Origin: Candidatus Iainarchaeum sp.
GTDB taxonomy: Archaea; Iainarchaeota; Iainarchaeia; Iainarchaeales; JAFCCJ01
Length of the DNA stretch: 24,109 bases
Assembly (NCBI GenBank): GCA_043816965.1
Contig: JBDRHK010000092.1
Coordinates: forward strand, 1 to 24,109
Reading direction: 5' to 3'
In this document: in pieces, positions 7,548 to 15,915 of the stretch
How the letters are laid out: each line of letters opens with the position of its first letter
Numbering within the stretch: the stretch's first letter is position 1
The notes under the pieces: generated by a model
What the model was told of the DNA's origin: nothing
Database searches by the model: none
Seen by the model: only the letters and a program-made list of their open reading frames with translations
Position numbers and translations under genes: made by a program

Positions 7548-8306
7548 TCACTCCCCCAAAATTTCATTCATCATGTCATCAATTGTGTAAAAGCCCTTTT
7601 TTCCGTTAATCCACTCTGCGGCCTTAAGTGAACCAAGTGCAAAGCCTTCTCTGTTCCTTGCGGTGTGTTTTAATTCAACAGTGTCTGCGACAGAATCAAA
7701 ACCAATAACATGCGTCCCTGGAATGTCTCCTGCGCGAACAGATGCAAAATGCAGTTCATCTTCCCCAATTTTCCTGTCAAGTTTATCATAGACAATTTTC
7801 TTTTTGCCGTCAATTCCCTTAACCATAATTTCCGCCAGGCTTTTTGCGGTTCCACTGGGAGAATCCTTTTTCCTGTTGTGGTGCAGTTCATAACCAAAGG
7901 AATCGTAATCGGGAAATTTATTGAAATAAGCGGCGGAATTTTTAACCATCCGGAAAAAGATGTTCATTCCCAAAGAGAAATTCGAGGCATAGAGAAAGCC
8001 AATCCCTGAATCCTCGACAATTTTTCTCACCTTTTCCAAATCATCATGCCATCCAGTTGTACCAACAACCATATTTTTGCCTAATTTTGCGACCTTTTCA
8101 ACATTGCCCACAACCACTTCAGGCAGTGTGAAATCAATACAGACATCAGCCCCTTTCAAGGATTCCTCTGTAATGTCCTTTGCAGTTGCCCCCTCTGCTG
8201 TGGGGTCAATAATTGCGGAAATGAAAATTCCCTTTGAGTCGGCGATGTTTTTAACCACTCCGCCGAGTTTTCCATATCCGATAAGTGCTAGATTCATAGT
8301 ATTCAT
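7548..8306 (-). CDS. dapB: 4-hydroxy-tetrahydrodipicolinate reductase
   Basis: GYGKLG, IDFTLP, VVGTTG, ASNFSLG, ELHHNRKKDSPSGTA, RAGDIPGTH. An alternative start lies at 8297. Confidence 0.96.
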   Translation of the reverse strand: MNTMNLALIGYGKLGGVVKNIADSKGIFISAIIDPTAEGATAKDITEESLKGADVCIDFTLPEVVVGNVEKVAKLGKNMVVGTTGWHDDLEKVRKIVEDSGIGFLYASNFSLGMNIFFRMVKNSAAYFNKFPDYDSFGYELHHNRKKDSPSGTAKSLAEIMVKGIDGKKKIVYDKLDRKIGEDELHFASVRAGDIPGTHVIGFDSVADTVELKHTARNREGFALGSLKAAEWINGKKGFYTIDDMMNEILGE

Positions 8307-8481
8307 AAGAATTAGCCGAATTTGTTTATAAAAAAAGATTTGTTCCTGCGAATTGCGTAGGCGGCAATTAATTTTAGGGTATTGGGGAAATGAGATTTTA
8401 CTGATTTCGTAATTTTGGCGGTTTTTTATTTTGGAAATAGGGTTTTTAACCCTTTTCAGGGCGAATTCTTAGGGAATTGAA

Positions 8482-9681
8482 ATGCCGGGCTTTAAAGTAA
8501 ATCTGAACGAAAACCTTGAAAAAATACTCAACGAGCCCTATGCATTTGAGCTTGTTGAGGAGAAGAAGAAAAAAGCGGTTGAGAAATTCGGAAAGGACAG
8601 GATAATTGATTTTGGTGTTGGAGATCCCACTGATGATGCCCCCCAAACAGTGAGGGATGCGGCGAAGAAAGGAATTGAGGAAAGAAAGAATTCAGGCTAT
8701 CCGACAGCTATTGGCGAGAAAGAGTACAGGGAGAAGGTTGCTGAATGGTTTGGGAAAAGGTTTGGGGTAAATGTTGATTCTGACAAGGAAGTGGTTAGCA
8801 GTTTCGGGGCAAAGCAATGCATTTTCCTCATGCCATACCATTTCCTGAATTCCGACAGAGAAAATATTGTCCTTATGCCAAATCCAGGCTATCCCCCATA
8901 CAAGGGAGGAACAACAATGGCTGGAGGCACTTGCCATTTCCTGAATTTGCTGGAGGAAAATAATTTCGAGCCTAAAATTGATGATTTGGATAGGGAAATT
9001 GTTGAAAAAACAAAAATTATTTATGTGAATTCCCCACAAAATCCGACAGGAAAGGTTTACAGAAAAGAGAAATTGAAGGAGATTGTTGATTTCTGCATAG
9101 ACAATGAAATTATTCTGATTTCTGACGAATGCTATTCCGAGAATTATTACGGGGAGAAGCCCTTAAGCATTCTGCAGATTGAGAATGCGGACCAATGCAG
9201 TATTGTTGTCAATTCCTTAAGCAAAATGAGCATGATGACATCATACCGAGTTGGTTTTGTGGTTATTAAAAATGAAGAATTGATGAAACCATACAAACTT
9301 TTTGAGCAGAATTCCCATTCAGGTGTTGCCACATTTATCCAGGATGCGGCAATCGCGGCACTAAGTGACGAGAAAGTTTCCGGGGTGATGAACAAAATTT
9401 ATAAGGAAAGGATTGATGCTTTCCTCCCTGCGCTGAAATCTGCCGGGTTTAAGATTGACGCCCCTGAGGGAACTTTTTACCTCTGGGCAAAACTCCCTGA
9501 GGGCGAGACGCCGATTGAATACTCAACAAAATTGCTTGAGGAGAAGGGAATTAACTGCACTCCTGGCAATATGATTAGTGAAACATTTAATGGAGTAAAC
9601 CCAGGGGACAATTATGTGAGATTTGCAATGGTCGCCCCCTTAGAGAAAACAAAAGAGGCTGCAGAGAGGCTGTTGGAATGA
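8482..9681 (+). CDS. dapL: Class I PLP aminotransferase, probable LL-diaminopimelate aminotransferase (DapL/DapC-like)
   Basis: DFGVGDP, NPGYPPY, NSPQNPTG, SDECYSE, SLSK...YRVG. First gene of the operon with dapF-lysA; no dapD/dapE in the cluster. Confidence 0.75.
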   Translation: MPGFKVNLNENLEKILNEPYAFELVEEKKKKAVEKFGKDRIIDFGVGDPTDDAPQTVRDAAKKGIEERKNSGYPTAIGEKEYREKVAEWFGKRFGVNVDSDKEVVSSFGAKQCIFLMPYHFLNSDRENIVLMPNPGYPPYKGGTTMAGGTCHFLNLLEENNFEPKIDDLDREIVEKTKIIYVNSPQNPTGKVYRKEKLKEIVDFCIDNEIILISDECYSENYYGEKPLSILQIENADQCSIVVNSLSKMSMMTSYRVGFVVIKNEELMKPYKLFEQNSHSGVATFIQDAAIAALSDEKVSGVMNKIYKERIDAFLPALKSAGFKIDAPEGTFYLWAKLPEGETPIEYSTKLLEEKGINCTPGNMISETFNGVNPGDNYVRFAMVAPLEKTKEAAERLLE

Positions 9682-10523
9682 GATTTGCAAAGATGCATGG
9701 AATCGGCAATGATTTCATAGTTATTGATGAGACTGAAATGAAGAGGGATAGTAAATACAGGGGCGCTGATCATTATCGGGGGCTTTCCCATGCATTGTTT
9801 CCAAAGGATTATTGCAGGAGAAGGTTTTCAATAGGGGCTGATGGTGTGTTGTATATTGTGCCCCCAAAGAATAAGGCTGCTGATTTTGATTTTATTATGG
9901 AGATAAGGAACCCTGATGGCAGCCGTGCTGAAACATGTGTTAATGGATTAAGGTGCGCGGCCCTTTACTGGCACCTTATTAAGGGAAAACCAAAAAAGAT
10001 GAAGATTTACACAACCGCGGGAATTGTGGATGCCGAGATTTTCGGCGTTGCCAATGGCAATGGAAGGGTGAAGATTACACTTGAGCATCCGGCGGTTATC
10101 AAAGGAAAAGCAACAATTGAGATTGACGGAAAGAAGTATGAGTATGCTGAAGTGGATGTAGGAAACCCCCATGCAGTGATATTTATGGAATCTTCTGTTG
10201 ATGAATTCCCGGTTGAGGAAATTGGCCATAAAATTAGTTATCATAAAAACTTCCCCAATGGAACAAACACAGAGTTTGTGAATGTAATTTCTGACACAAG
10301 GCTAAAGATGAGAGTTCATGAAAGGGGGGCATGCGAAACCCAGGCATGCGGTTCAGGGAGCATAGCGATTGTGAAAGCAGCTGCTGAAAATGGAGTAGTG
10401 AAAAGGGATTCAGCTATTGAGGTTGAGCAGCCGGGGGGAACACTTAAAATCAAACTCGGCGATAAAATTGAATTAGAGGGGGAAGCAGAGATTGTTTTTG
10501 TGGGTGAATTGAATGTGGTTTGA
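9678..10523 (+). CDS. dapF: Diaminopimelate epimerase
   Basis: KMHGIGNDF, IGADG, AETCVNG, VGNPH, NTEF, HERGACETQACGSG, with both catalytic Cys present. ATGA overlap with the upstream gene. Confidence 0.95.
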   Translation: MRFAKMHGIGNDFIVIDETEMKRDSKYRGADHYRGLSHALFPKDYCRRRFSIGADGVLYIVPPKNKAADFDFIMEIRNPDGSRAETCVNGLRCAALYWHLIKGKPKKMKIYTTAGIVDAEIFGVANGNGRVKITLEHPAVIKGKATIEIDGKKYEYAEVDVGNPHAVIFMESSVDEFPVEEIGHKISYHKNFPNGTNTEFVNVISDTRLKMRVHERGACETQACGSGSIAIVKAAAENGVVKRDSAIEVEQPGGTLKIKLGDKIELEGEAEIVFVGELNVV

Positions 10524-11793
10524 AAGCAAAAGGCATTTGGAATTGCGAGAGAATAGATTGTTCATCGGCGGAAAGGACGCTGAAGCTCTTGCGAAGAAAT
10601 ATGGAACCCCGCTCTATGTTTACAATGGCGGCAGAATCATTGACAACTATAAACGATTGTTTGATGCATTTAAGGAACACAGCAAAAATGAGTTTTCAAT
10701 AAATTATGCAATGAAGGCAAATTCCCATTTCCAGATTCTGAAAATCGTTAAGGAGCAGGGGGCAGGAATTGATGCAGTTTCCCCAAACGAGGCAAGGCTT
10801 GCGTTGAAGGCAGGCATTCCTAAAGAGAAGATTATTTTTACCGGCACAAGTGTAAGCGATTCCGACCTTAAAGAACTGGTTGAGTTAGGGGTGCTCATAA
10901 ATGTGGATTCCTTTTCGCAGTTAAACAGGCTGGCGAAGATTAAAATCAATTCAAAAATTTCCATAAGGTGGAATCCAGGGGAAGGCGCAGGGCACCATGG
11001 CCATACAATAACCGCGGGAAAATTCATTAAGTTCGGGATTCCTGAAGACAAAATTATAGGTGCATTCAAGCATGCAAAGGAACTTGGATTTAATGTTGTT
11101 GGCCTGCACCAGCATATTGGGAGCGGCTGGTTGGGAAAAGATGTTGATGTATTTTTGAACACTGTTGAGAAAACCCTGAGGATTGCAAAAGAGGCGGAGG
11201 AAGTTTTGGGGAAGAAATTGGAGTTTGTTGATTTTGGTGGCGGTCCAGGAATTCCATATAAAGGAGACGGGGCAGAATTTCCTGTTGAAAAATATGCGAA
11301 AGGGATTTGTGAAAAAGTAACTAATTCAGGATTTGGGGGCAGAATTCTTATAGAGCCTGGGAGGTATATTGCAGGGGATGCCGGAATACTTCTTGTGGAA
11401 GTGAATACAGTTGAGGAGAAGAATATTCCGGTTATTGGATTGAACGCAGGCTTCAACATTCTCATAAGGCCGGCGTTTTACGGTTCATATCACGAAGTTG
11501 TTCTTTGCAGGAATGTCGGGGGCAATGCAAAAAAGGAATATATGCTTGCAGGAAATTTGTGTGAAACTTCTGATGTGTTCAACGAAAATACAAAGGCACT
11601 TAGGCCATTGCCAATTGTTGAGGAAAAGGACATCCTTGCAATACTGTGTGCCGGTGCTTATGGCCAGGTAATGGCGTCCAATTACAATCTTCGGGGCAGG
11701 GCTGCCGAACTTCTAATACTCGACGGAAATGAAAAACTAATTACTGAAAAGGAAAATTTGGACGATATAATTTCAAAGCAGGTTAAGGATTAG
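10513..11793 (+). CDS. lysA: Diaminopimelate decarboxylase
   Basis: YGTPLYVY, YAMKAN (PLP Lys), KFGI, HIGSG, DFGGG, EPGRY, GNLCETSD, GAYG..MASNYN. Confidence 0.96.
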   Translation: MWFESKRHLELRENRLFIGGKDAEALAKKYGTPLYVYNGGRIIDNYKRLFDAFKEHSKNEFSINYAMKANSHFQILKIVKEQGAGIDAVSPNEARLALKAGIPKEKIIFTGTSVSDSDLKELVELGVLINVDSFSQLNRLAKIKINSKISIRWNPGEGAGHHGHTITAGKFIKFGIPEDKIIGAFKHAKELGFNVVGLHQHIGSGWLGKDVDVFLNTVEKTLRIAKEAEEVLGKKLEFVDFGGGPGIPYKGDGAEFPVEKYAKGICEKVTNSGFGGRILIEPGRYIAGDAGILLVEVNTVEEKNIPVIGLNAGFNILIRPAFYGSYHEVVLCRNVGGNAKKEYMLAGNLCETSDVFNENTKALRPLPIVEEKDILAILCAGAYGQVMASNYNLRGRAAELLILDGNEKLITEKENLDDIISKQVKD

Positions 11794-11816
11794 TAACTCA
11801 AAAGATTTGGACAATC

Positions 11817-12146
11817 CTATGCGTTAATTTTTATTTTCTTATTTCCTTTTTCTTCCACGAGCTCCAACTGCTTTTTCAGAAGCCCATCATATATTTCTAT
11901 CAATTTTTTAACTTCCTCATTCCGCATGTTTATTTTATAGAGTTTGGCCCTGCCAATTTCACGGGTCTTGATAACTATCTCCTGCTTCTCCAGCCTGGGG
12001 AGAATCCTGTGCAAAGTAGTCCAGCCAATGCCTGAATTCTCGGCAAGGTCTGTAAGGCTGTAATCGAATTCCCTTCCGGTTATCAGGAACTCCAACAGCC
12101 TTGTGTTTGGGTTATCGCCCAAAAAGTCCAGAAACGCATTTGCCAT
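11817..12146 (-). CDS. Winged-helix transcriptional regulator/antitoxin-like protein
   Basis: RLLEFLITGREFDYSLTDLAENSGIGWTTLHRILPRLEKQEIV..TREIGRAKLYKIN is a wHTH. Start set at ATG 12146 (MANAF), with GTGA upstream. Confidence 0.85.
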   Translation of the reverse strand: MANAFLDFLGDNPNTRLLEFLITGREFDYSLTDLAENSGIGWTTLHRILPRLEKQEIVIKTREIGRAKLYKINMRNEEVKKLIEIYDGLLKKQLELVEEKGNKKIKINA

Positions 12147-12195
12147 TTTTATCACATAAACATATGCTATCCACAACTATTTAAACCTTTTGTTT

Positions 12196-12213
12196 TGGTA
12201 TGTTAATATACCA
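12196..12213. promoter_or_regulatory. 18-bp inverted repeat between two divergent TATA boxes; candidate operator
   Basis: TGGTAT-GTTAAT-ATACCA, lying between leftward TTTAAATA (12185-12178) and rightward TTTTAAAT (12231-12238). Confidence 0.6.
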
Positions 12214-12261
12214 TTACACAATCTTACTTATTTTAAATATTTTCGTCATTTGGCCTATGTA

Positions 12262-12534
12262 ATGGCTGATGATGTTTTACCCATTAAGCAGTTTATCCTG
12301 AGGAAGTTGATAAACCTTGGAAAGATAGGCGGGTCGCATACCTCTGTTTTTAACCTGAGCAAAGGCCTGCCTGGTCATATCCGTTCCAACAAGAAAGGGC
12401 AGAAAGTGATTAAGCAGGCTGTCAAGGAACTGGTTAACGATTTTTTTCTTCTTTCAAAGCCATCAACCGGTGAGCAGCATGTGTCAATAAACCCCCGAAA
12501 AATGAAGGAAATATCCGAACTTCTTGGTTTGTGA
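12262..12534 (+). CDS. Small basic hypothetical protein with a KIGGSHT motif
   Basis: ATG 12262 lies 23 nt after the TATA box. 90 aa; reads ILRKLINLGKIGGSHTSVFNLSKGLP...AVKELVN...KPSTGEQHVSINP. Confidence 0.8.
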   Translation: MADDVLPIKQFILRKLINLGKIGGSHTSVFNLSKGLPGHIRSNKKGQKVIKQAVKELVNDFFLLSKPSTGEQHVSINPRKMKEISELLGL

Positions 12535-12621
12535 GTTTTATTCCTGTTACCCAAATTCGTTAAGCAACCTCGTTTCGGGAACCATTAAATTTCTTTTGGA
12601 ACAGGGTTATTCTGTGGTTTG

Positions 12622-13227
12622 ATGGTGAAGAGGATTTCGGAGGCAAGGCTGCCAACCGAGTACAGCGAATTCAGGATTTACGTTTACAAGAACAGCGACT
12701 GCCCTGACCCTATTGCACTGGTCAAGGGGGATGTTAAAGGAAAGGAAAATGTGCTTACACGCGTGCATTCCGAGTGCTTCACCGGCGACCTCATCGGCTC
12801 ATTGAGGTGTGATTGCGGGAGCCAGCTAAAGGCATCGTTGAAGATGATTCAGCAGGAGGGGGTAGGAGTTTTCATCTACCTCCGCCAGGAAGGCCGGGGC
12901 ATCGGGCTCGGGAATAAGGTAAAGGCCTACTCCCTGCAGGATAAGGGCGCTGACACAGTTGAGGCTAACAAGATGCTTGGCTTTCCTGCAGATTTGAGGG
13001 ATTATAAGGACGGGGCGGAAATCCTCAAGGATTTGGGCGTGAAAAGCGTGAGGCTGCTCACCAACAATCCGGCGAAAATCGGGGGCCTGAAGAAGTACGG
13101 AATTAAAATTGAGGAAAGGGTGCCGATTGAAATCCCGCCCAACAAGGAAAACAGGAAATACCTTAAGACCAAAAAGGATGTTTTGGGGCACCATCTTTCA
13201 TTAAAAAGCGAAAAAGGGGGCAAATGA
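12622..13227 (+). CDS. ribA: GTP cyclohydrolase II (bacterial type)
   Basis: [10 protein letters not shown]...SLRCDCG (Zn ligands), [36 protein letters not shown]. Confidence 0.96.
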   Translation: MVKRISEARLPTEYSEFRIYVYKNSDCPDPIALVKGDVKGKENVLTRVHSECFTGDLIGSLRCDCGSQLKASLKMIQQEGVGVFIYLRQEGRGIGLGNKVKAYSLQDKGADTVEANKMLGFPADLRDYKDGAEILKDLGVKSVRLLTNNPAKIGGLKKYGIKIEERVPIEIPPNKENRKYLKTKKDVLGHHLSLKSEKGGK

Positions 13228-13228
13228 A

Positions 13229-13549
13229 ATGATTGAATTTTCCGAATGGCAGAAAGTGGAACTGAAAACGGCAAAAATAATCTCCGCCGAGGACATTCCC
13301 GGCAAGGACAAGCTTTACAGGCTGAAAGTTGATGATGGTTCGGAAAGGCAGCTGGTTGCCGGGATAAGGCAGGAGTACACGAAGGAGGAACTGGCCGGAA
13401 AGACGATTATTATTGTCGCAAACCTGAAACCGGCAACAATAGCCGGTGTGGAAAGCAACGGGATGCTTCTCGCTGTGAAGGGAACTGACGGAAAGTACCG
13501 GCTGCTGACCGCCGACGGCGAAGTGGATAAGGGGACGAGAGTTGAGTGA
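13229..13549 (+). CDS. Trbp111/MetRS C-terminal-like tRNA-binding protein
   Basis: DKLYRLKVD...RQLVAGIR.EY..EEL.GK.IIIVANLKPATIAGVESNGMLLA. Confidence 0.92.
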   Translation: MIEFSEWQKVELKTAKIISAEDIPGKDKLYRLKVDDGSERQLVAGIRQEYTKEELAGKTIIIVANLKPATIAGVESNGMLLAVKGTDGKYRLLTADGEVDKGTRVE

Positions 13550-13556
13550 ATCAAAT

Positions 13557-15008
13557 TTAGATTTTTACCCATTCTCTCCCATAAAGCCAGGCTTTTGCCT
13601 TTTCATCCCCATTGATTTCGTAATAGGACTGATAGAATAATTTCTCGAATTCCCTGAAACTGAAATTCCTTGAACCGATTTGCGGGGTGTTAATTGAGTA
13701 CCTTGGCCAGTTTCTCCACCCGCCAGCGAATCTTACTCCGCTGCCTTTTTTCACCTTGAACTGCCCATTTCCTGCAGGTTCCATTACCTCATACCACCTC
13801 GTTGTTCCCGGAAGGACCGAGAAAGCGTAAATGATATGGAAATCCGAATATCCCTTTTCCCTGAGGAATTTCGCATACTTTACCTGCTCCCTCATCGATT
13901 TCATTGTTTGTTCAGGAAATCCCAGAATCATTGAGGAGAAAACATAAAGCCCTCCATCTTTGGCAGTTTTCAGGATTTTTTCATAATGGACCTTCAGCTC
14001 CCTTGGAATCCTGTTGGTTTTGTTTGTTCTCAGGTTGAGAGGAATGAAAAGGGTCGTGCAATTTGTGGAGGCCATGAATTTCACCATTTCAGGGGTCAAA
14101 TCCTCCATTTCCAAACCGCCATTGTTCTGCCAGTGGAAGCCTTTTTCCTTGATAAGTTCCATAACCTCCAGCGCCCATCCCTTTCCTCGTGAGAAATTGT
14201 CGTCCTGTATTATCACTTCCTCATAACCCGCATCCTTCAAAATGCCAAGTTGCTCACCAATATATTTTTTGCTGTGCTTCCTAAAACACCTCCTCCACAT
14301 CTGCGGGCTGAAGCAGAATCCGCAATTATTGGGGCAGCCCCTTGACCACATGACGTCAATATATTTTCTGCCGTGTGATGAACCGGTATAGTTTGGTTCC
14401 TTAGGCATAGGAATATGTTCGATTAATTCGGGATTCAGCTGGCCAATAGAATCAAGATTCTCAATTAGGGGTGCAGGAGGATTTTTAACGAAATTATTTT
14501 TCTCATCCAAAAAGCAAATTCCTTTCAGGCCATTTATTTTTTCATTTTTCATTATTTTTTTGACAATTTTATTGAAAGTAATCTCTCCTTCACCGTAAAC
14601 TATGTAATCAAGCGTCCCTTCAGAATCCCGCAAAATCATTTCAGGCAGGGCGGTTGCATGTGGGCCTCCTGCAATAATTGGCACATTTACGAAATTTTTC
14701 TTCAGCAGTTTCACCAAGTTGAGAAAGGCAGTGTAGCCCACAGTGAACTGGGAAACAACGCCAATAAGTTCGGGATAGAACTTTACAACTTCGGATATTA
14801 TTTCCCTGTCACTCAGGCCGTATTCAATTACAATGCCTTTCCACTCCCTGACATTTTCCCAACCTTCTAGCGCACAGTCTATTATTTTGACCTCGTTGCC
14901 CATCTTTTCGAGATAGGAACCAAGATACCAGAGGCCTAGGTTAATGGCAGATTTCTTGCCGTCCCTAAGATTTGTCCTTAAAGGCGGCACCATCAGCAGA
15001 ATCCTCAT
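13557..15008 (-). CDS. Cobalamin-binding radical SAM protein
   Basis: N-terminal B12-binding domain (NLGLWYLGSYL..GNEVKIID, GGPHAT, YGEGE), then SRGCPNNCGFC, QDDNF, ILGFP and LPGT. Confidence 0.93.
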   Translation of the reverse strand: MRILLMVPPLRTNLRDGKKSAINLGLWYLGSYLEKMGNEVKIIDCALEGWENVREWKGIVIEYGLSDREIISEVVKFYPELIGVVSQFTVGYTAFLNLVKLLKKNFVNVPIIAGGPHATALPEMILRDSEGTLDYIVYGEGEITFNKIVKKIMKNEKINGLKGICFLDEKNNFVKNPPAPLIENLDSIGQLNPELIEHIPMPKEPNYTGSSHGRKYIDVMWSRGCPNNCGFCFSPQMWRRCFRKHSKKYIGEQLGILKDAGYEEVIIQDDNFSRGKGWALEVMELIKEKGFHWQNNGGLEMEDLTPEMVKFMASTNCTTLFIPLNLRTNKTNRIPRELKVHYEKILKTAKDGGLYVFSSMILGFPEQTMKSMREQVKYAKFLREKGYSDFHIIYAFSVLPGTTRWYEVMEPAGNGQFKVKKGSGVRFAGGWRNWPRYSINTPQIGSRNFSFREFEKLFYQSYYEINGDEKAKAWLYGREWVKI

Positions 15009-15811
15009 CTCCCAGCCCCCTTACACATCTTTTCCAAAGGTTTCTGCGCGACGAATACATCGTAATTTTCCTCGCCGTAAATTTTCACGCACTCCTGAAT
15101 TCCTGAAAAACCCGCCTGGGAAATCATTCTTTTGAGTTCATAATGCGTTAGGAGATAACTTTTTGCAAGGGCCACCTCACTTTTCACCGCAACCCCGTTT
15201 TGCCATTCCGTTATCTTAGGAGTCCATGTTCTGCTCCTCTCTTTCCGGTCGATATCCATTACCCACAGGAGGCTCAACTCCTTCCCGTTTATTTTTCTTT
15301 TTTCAAAATTATGAATTATGCTGCTCCTGCCTCTCCGGAATTCTTCCTGTGAAGCCACATCGACATAGAATATGCCGCCAGGTTTCAGCACATCATAGAA
15401 GTTTTCCAGCGCGGTTCTCATTTCTTTCAGCGCATTTTCAGCGCTGATCCACTCCCTGTTCCATGAGTCGGCGTAAACGAATGAATTCCCTCTGCAGAGG
15501 ACACAATCGAAGCCTGCTGAAAATTTTTTGTTCAGTTCGCCCCATTTAATATTTTTAAGAGGCACTTTCAGCCCCTTTCTTTCTGCTGATTCCCTTGCCT
15601 TTCTCAGCATTGCTAGGCTGCCGTCTGAAAGTGTCACGTCAAAACCCCTTATCAAAAGTTCTATCGAGGGAAACCCTGTTCCGCAGGCGCAGTCAAGAAT
15701 CCTTTTCGCCGCCTGCTTCTGCAGGAATCTTTCCAGGCCTGAGACATACTTATCAGTGTAAAGGAATTTCAGTGAAATATCCCATATTTCAGCCAGATTC
15801 ATTGAATTCAT
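15005..15811 (-). CDS. Class I SAM-dependent methyltransferase, glycine/sarcosine N-methyltransferase-like
   Basis: RILDCACGTG, SDGSLAML, FDCVLCRGNSF, LKPGG. Start at ATG 15811 behind GGAGG; ATGA overlap with the radical SAM gene. Confidence 0.9.
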   Translation of the reverse strand: MNSMNLAEIWDISLKFLYTDKYVSGLERFLQKQAAKRILDCACGTGFPSIELLIRGFDVTLSDGSLAMLRKARESAERKGLKVPLKNIKWGELNKKFSAGFDCVLCRGNSFVYADSWNREWISAENALKEMRTALENFYDVLKPGGIFYVDVASQEEFRRGRSSIIHNFEKRKINGKELSLLWVMDIDRKERSRTWTPKITEWQNGVAVKSEVALAKSYLLTHYELKRMISQAGFSGIQECVKIYGEENYDVFVAQKPLEKMCKGAGR

Positions 15812-15915
15812 CCAACCTCCCATCAAATAGCCTTTCTTGATTTTTATATAATTTATTGACAAATTTTTTACAAAAAACGATAAATTTATATTATTTTCAG
15901 CCATTTTTATTGAAT

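Noticed and set aside
8307..8481. Lysine riboswitch between the dap operons
   Set aside because: No AGAGGNGC-type conserved core, and the space is largely taken by two divergent promoters.
10704..11465. 253-aa antisense ORF within lysA, and similar shadow ORFs inside dapA, the ABC genes, TraB and others
   Set aside because: They lie fully opposite well-supported genes, have F/S/P/I-rich antisense composition and show no motifs.
12535..12621. FMN riboswitch or structured RNA upstream of ribA (imperfect stem CCTGTT..CCAAA / TTTGG..AACAGG)
   Set aside because: It is only 87 nt, lacks FMN consensus motifs, and a TATA-like element inside it suggests most of it is not transcribed.
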